Below are positions 61,123-64,000 of a stretch of 64,000 nt of DNA, in pieces. The stretch comes from Lytechinus pictus (lineage: Eukaryota). A program made the translations under genes and the position numbers. How positions within the stretch are numbered: position 1 is the first letter of the stretch; each line of letters starts with the position of its first letter. The stretch is taken from contig NC_087251.1 in assembly GCF_037042905.1 (NCBI RefSeq), forward strand, positions 31,126,001 to 31,190,000, in the 5' to 3' direction. The notes under the pieces are model-generated. The model did no database searches, was not told the DNA's origin, and saw nothing but the letters and a program-made list of their open reading frames with translations.

Positions 61123-64000
61123 TAGGCTTATGTTCAGTATACCCAGGTATATGTACTAATTGTCGTATACCTCTAAATACTTTTTATTACTCAAGATTGT
61201 TCATGACTGGGTAGTAATTTTACTCTTTATCTATTTTGTTTATCACCATTGTTCGGTAGTAATAATACTTGTATTTTCTGGAATCTTGCAGAAACAAAAT
61301 GATTGCATGAATGCATGTATGAATGAATACAAATACATGGATGGATGAATGAATGACTATTAATCATTCACCCGGTCCATTCGTCCATTTATTCATTATT
61401 TTATTCATTTATACATGCATTCAATTAAATGAATGAGTTACACCTCGTTTTGCCTACTTGTATTTATTCATTTACCAATTTCATATAAAACTTGTCACCC
61501 TCTCTTTATCCCTCCCATCCTTCTTTCTCTCCCTTTCTCCCACTCTTCCTCGTGAACTCACTCACTTGATCTCACGTTCTTCTCTCTCATTCTTTCTCAC
61601 CCCCTTCATCTCTTCCTCCCTCTCCCTTCCATCCATCTTTATTTGGATCACCCTCTGAAGGGACTTTCACACTTGGTGGTAGGACCATTTGCTTGCATTA
61701 TATTTTGCACATGATAGCAATGCTTAAAGACAGTCGAACAACCAATTTTGAAAGCACCTTCATTCTCTACCCCATTTCCACACATGCCTTAGACTAAAAG
61801 AGTGAACTTCATGAAACGCCTGCTCACATAAATAAACCTGGTCCAACATTTACTTCAGAAAAATAATTAAACAAACTTCCAATTATTTTCGGATTCAAAA
61901 CCTTTTATGATAGATGTAAGAAATATTTATTATTAAATTTCCTATATTTATGTATTGCATCTCTGAATGCATTGATTATCATTTAACAATATATACTGTA
62001 CATATCAAAATGTGTTGCAAAATATACAGCACATAGGAAAATACTCATCAAACAACTCTAAAATATGTTATCAAATAAGAATCGATAAAAAAACTTTGTG
62101 AAGTTCTCTCTTGTAAAATAAAACTACGAAATATCCCCTATTTTAATTATATTTATGCATGTACCTGGAAAGTTGCAAAGTGCATTGTCATTGAGGTGTT
62201 CCCCATGAGTTAATGTATTTTACTCTTCATGATTTTTGAAAAACTTTGGAAATTGACCAAGCTTACTTTTATTTGGATGGATAATGAAATATTCCATATA
62301 GAAATAACACAGTATTGGCTGGCGTGGCATTATTAAGTGTCAATTTTTGAAAAGGGGAAAAGTTTGCCAAAAATTTCAATCCATTTTGCAACAGTTACCA
62401 GGTCTGGGTTGGAATGGGGGGGGGGGGGGGGCTTTGAATCTTAAGCCTGGTGCACACCACACAATCTGATCCAGTGAATTCTGATTTTCGAAGCAATTGT
62501 AATAGAATTTGATATACATATACGTCCCAACCTATACAAATTTTAAATCTTCAGATGTAAGAATACTGAAATTGAAATTCCATTCTATTTTGAGCCTCCC
62601 TGCAGAAATAAAAGCCATGATAAAATCATGACGTCAACCACAAGTTTTGCAGTAAAGCAGAATTCTAATTTTCCACCATTATGCCAAACTTCAAATAAAA
62701 TTGTTTACTTCTAAGAACTTTCATATCTAATGGAAAATGCGATTTGCTAAAAATATTGATTTATCAGATTGTGTAGCGTGCAGCGGGCTTAACTACTGTA
62801 AGCCAAAATATGACATTCTTGAAGTATAAGCTGAAATAATCAAGGTTTTGCATTTCACCAATTTCTACCTTGAAAATTTCTGCATGCTTAAATGTGCCTG
62901 TACAGTGTACAAAAAGGTAATTGAAATAATGAGGGTTGACAAACAAAATTTAATAAATCAAGGCATTAAAGTTTTATATTGGCCTTGTACCTAAAAAGAA
63001 AATTGTACAATGATGCACTGCACATCAGCCTTCTAAGTTTGGATTACTTTCTACACTGTACAGTACCCATGACCAGAGGTGGATCCAGGATTTCATAATG
63101 GGGGGGGGGGGGACAGAGCACATTTTATAATACAGGGGGTGCAGACAAACAAAATTGCTATATAAATGTAGGCTGATGTTAAATGGGCGATTCTCAAAAT
63201 ATAAAGGGGGGGGGCTGGATCCGCCCCTGGTGACAAATATGAGCAGATTTCAGGAATGTCAGTTTTGGCTTGCAGAAAAAAAGGAGGGGGGGGGGTAGGG
63301 GACATCACAAAAGATTTAAAGAAAGGGGGGGGGGGCAAGTTTGTTTCTACATGGGCTATGATGTTTCACAGTATACAGGCACACTATGTGTACAAACAAG
63401 CATGACAATAAGGCAAGAATTTTTCATTTTCCAAGTGATTTATTAGCTATTTTCTCAAAGAAAAATATACAAAAAAAAATGACCAGCAGCCCAGAAGATT
63501 CATCCAAGTTGTATCACCATAGCAACTGACCCCTTGATTAAATGGAACAAACCCTAACCCTCACAAAATGACCTCAAGCCTGATCCTTGTGAGCTAGGAT
63601 CTTCTTGCCAAAACCACACAATATATGACATCATTACCAAAAGTCCTATTTTAAAGGGTACAGAGTGGGACACCGGACACTGTCACACATGATATACCGC
63701 ATCTTTAATGTAGGTGCTTTATTTTCAAGTTCAATGTTACTTTGTGTAGCCAAGATTATGCAAGACAATGCATTGATTTGTATAATGTTACTAAGGGTAA
63801 CAATTGTATTTTGGGTTACTTCCTTCCCCTACTCTTCCATCACCCCCTTCTCTTCCCCACCCCCTTATCTTCCCAATCCTATCCCCTTCTCTTACCCCAT
63901 CCCCACGTCTTACCCCACTCCCCTCTCCTCCCATACCATATGAATCAGTCTGTTTATCTCCTTTGTAGTCTTTCTTCTAATCCTTTAACAAAGCCACCAC

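Overview
Eukaryotic, AT-rich, repeat-dense animal genomic DNA. An echinoderm such as a sea urchin is my inference from repeat style and protein sequence, not a confirmed assignment. The main feature is a + strand hypoxia-inducible factor alpha (HIF-alpha) gene that I spliced by hand from 14 phase-consistent GT-AG coding exons between 3599 and 36643 (2758 nt: the last base of a split codon, 918 full codons and TGA). It encodes bHLH, PAS-A, PAS-B/PAC, an N-terminal ODD (LAYLAP), a C-terminal ODD (LAMRAPYIPM), a Ser/Pro-rich region and a C-TAD with the FIH-type EVNAP motif. The first coding exon is upstream of the window or is a short candidate at 2469-2494, just behind a dense HRE/CRE cluster. 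Exon numbering assumes one upstream exon. The rest is a degraded antisense LINE, SINE fragments, many non-autonomous DNA transposons (several with visible target-site duplications, TSDs), satellites, a probable long 3' UTR and a possible non-coding transcript from about 53.9 kb. Most notable: an apparently identical complex duplication copying part of the PAC exon and its donor; a frame-symmetric 69-nt exon carrying only the N-ODD, flanked by YCAY repeats and a CU-rich tract; a ~750-bp foldback in the putative 3' UTR; and an 8-kb nested composite transposon. No prokaryotic system or CRISPR array is present. Repeat family names are from terminal structure only.
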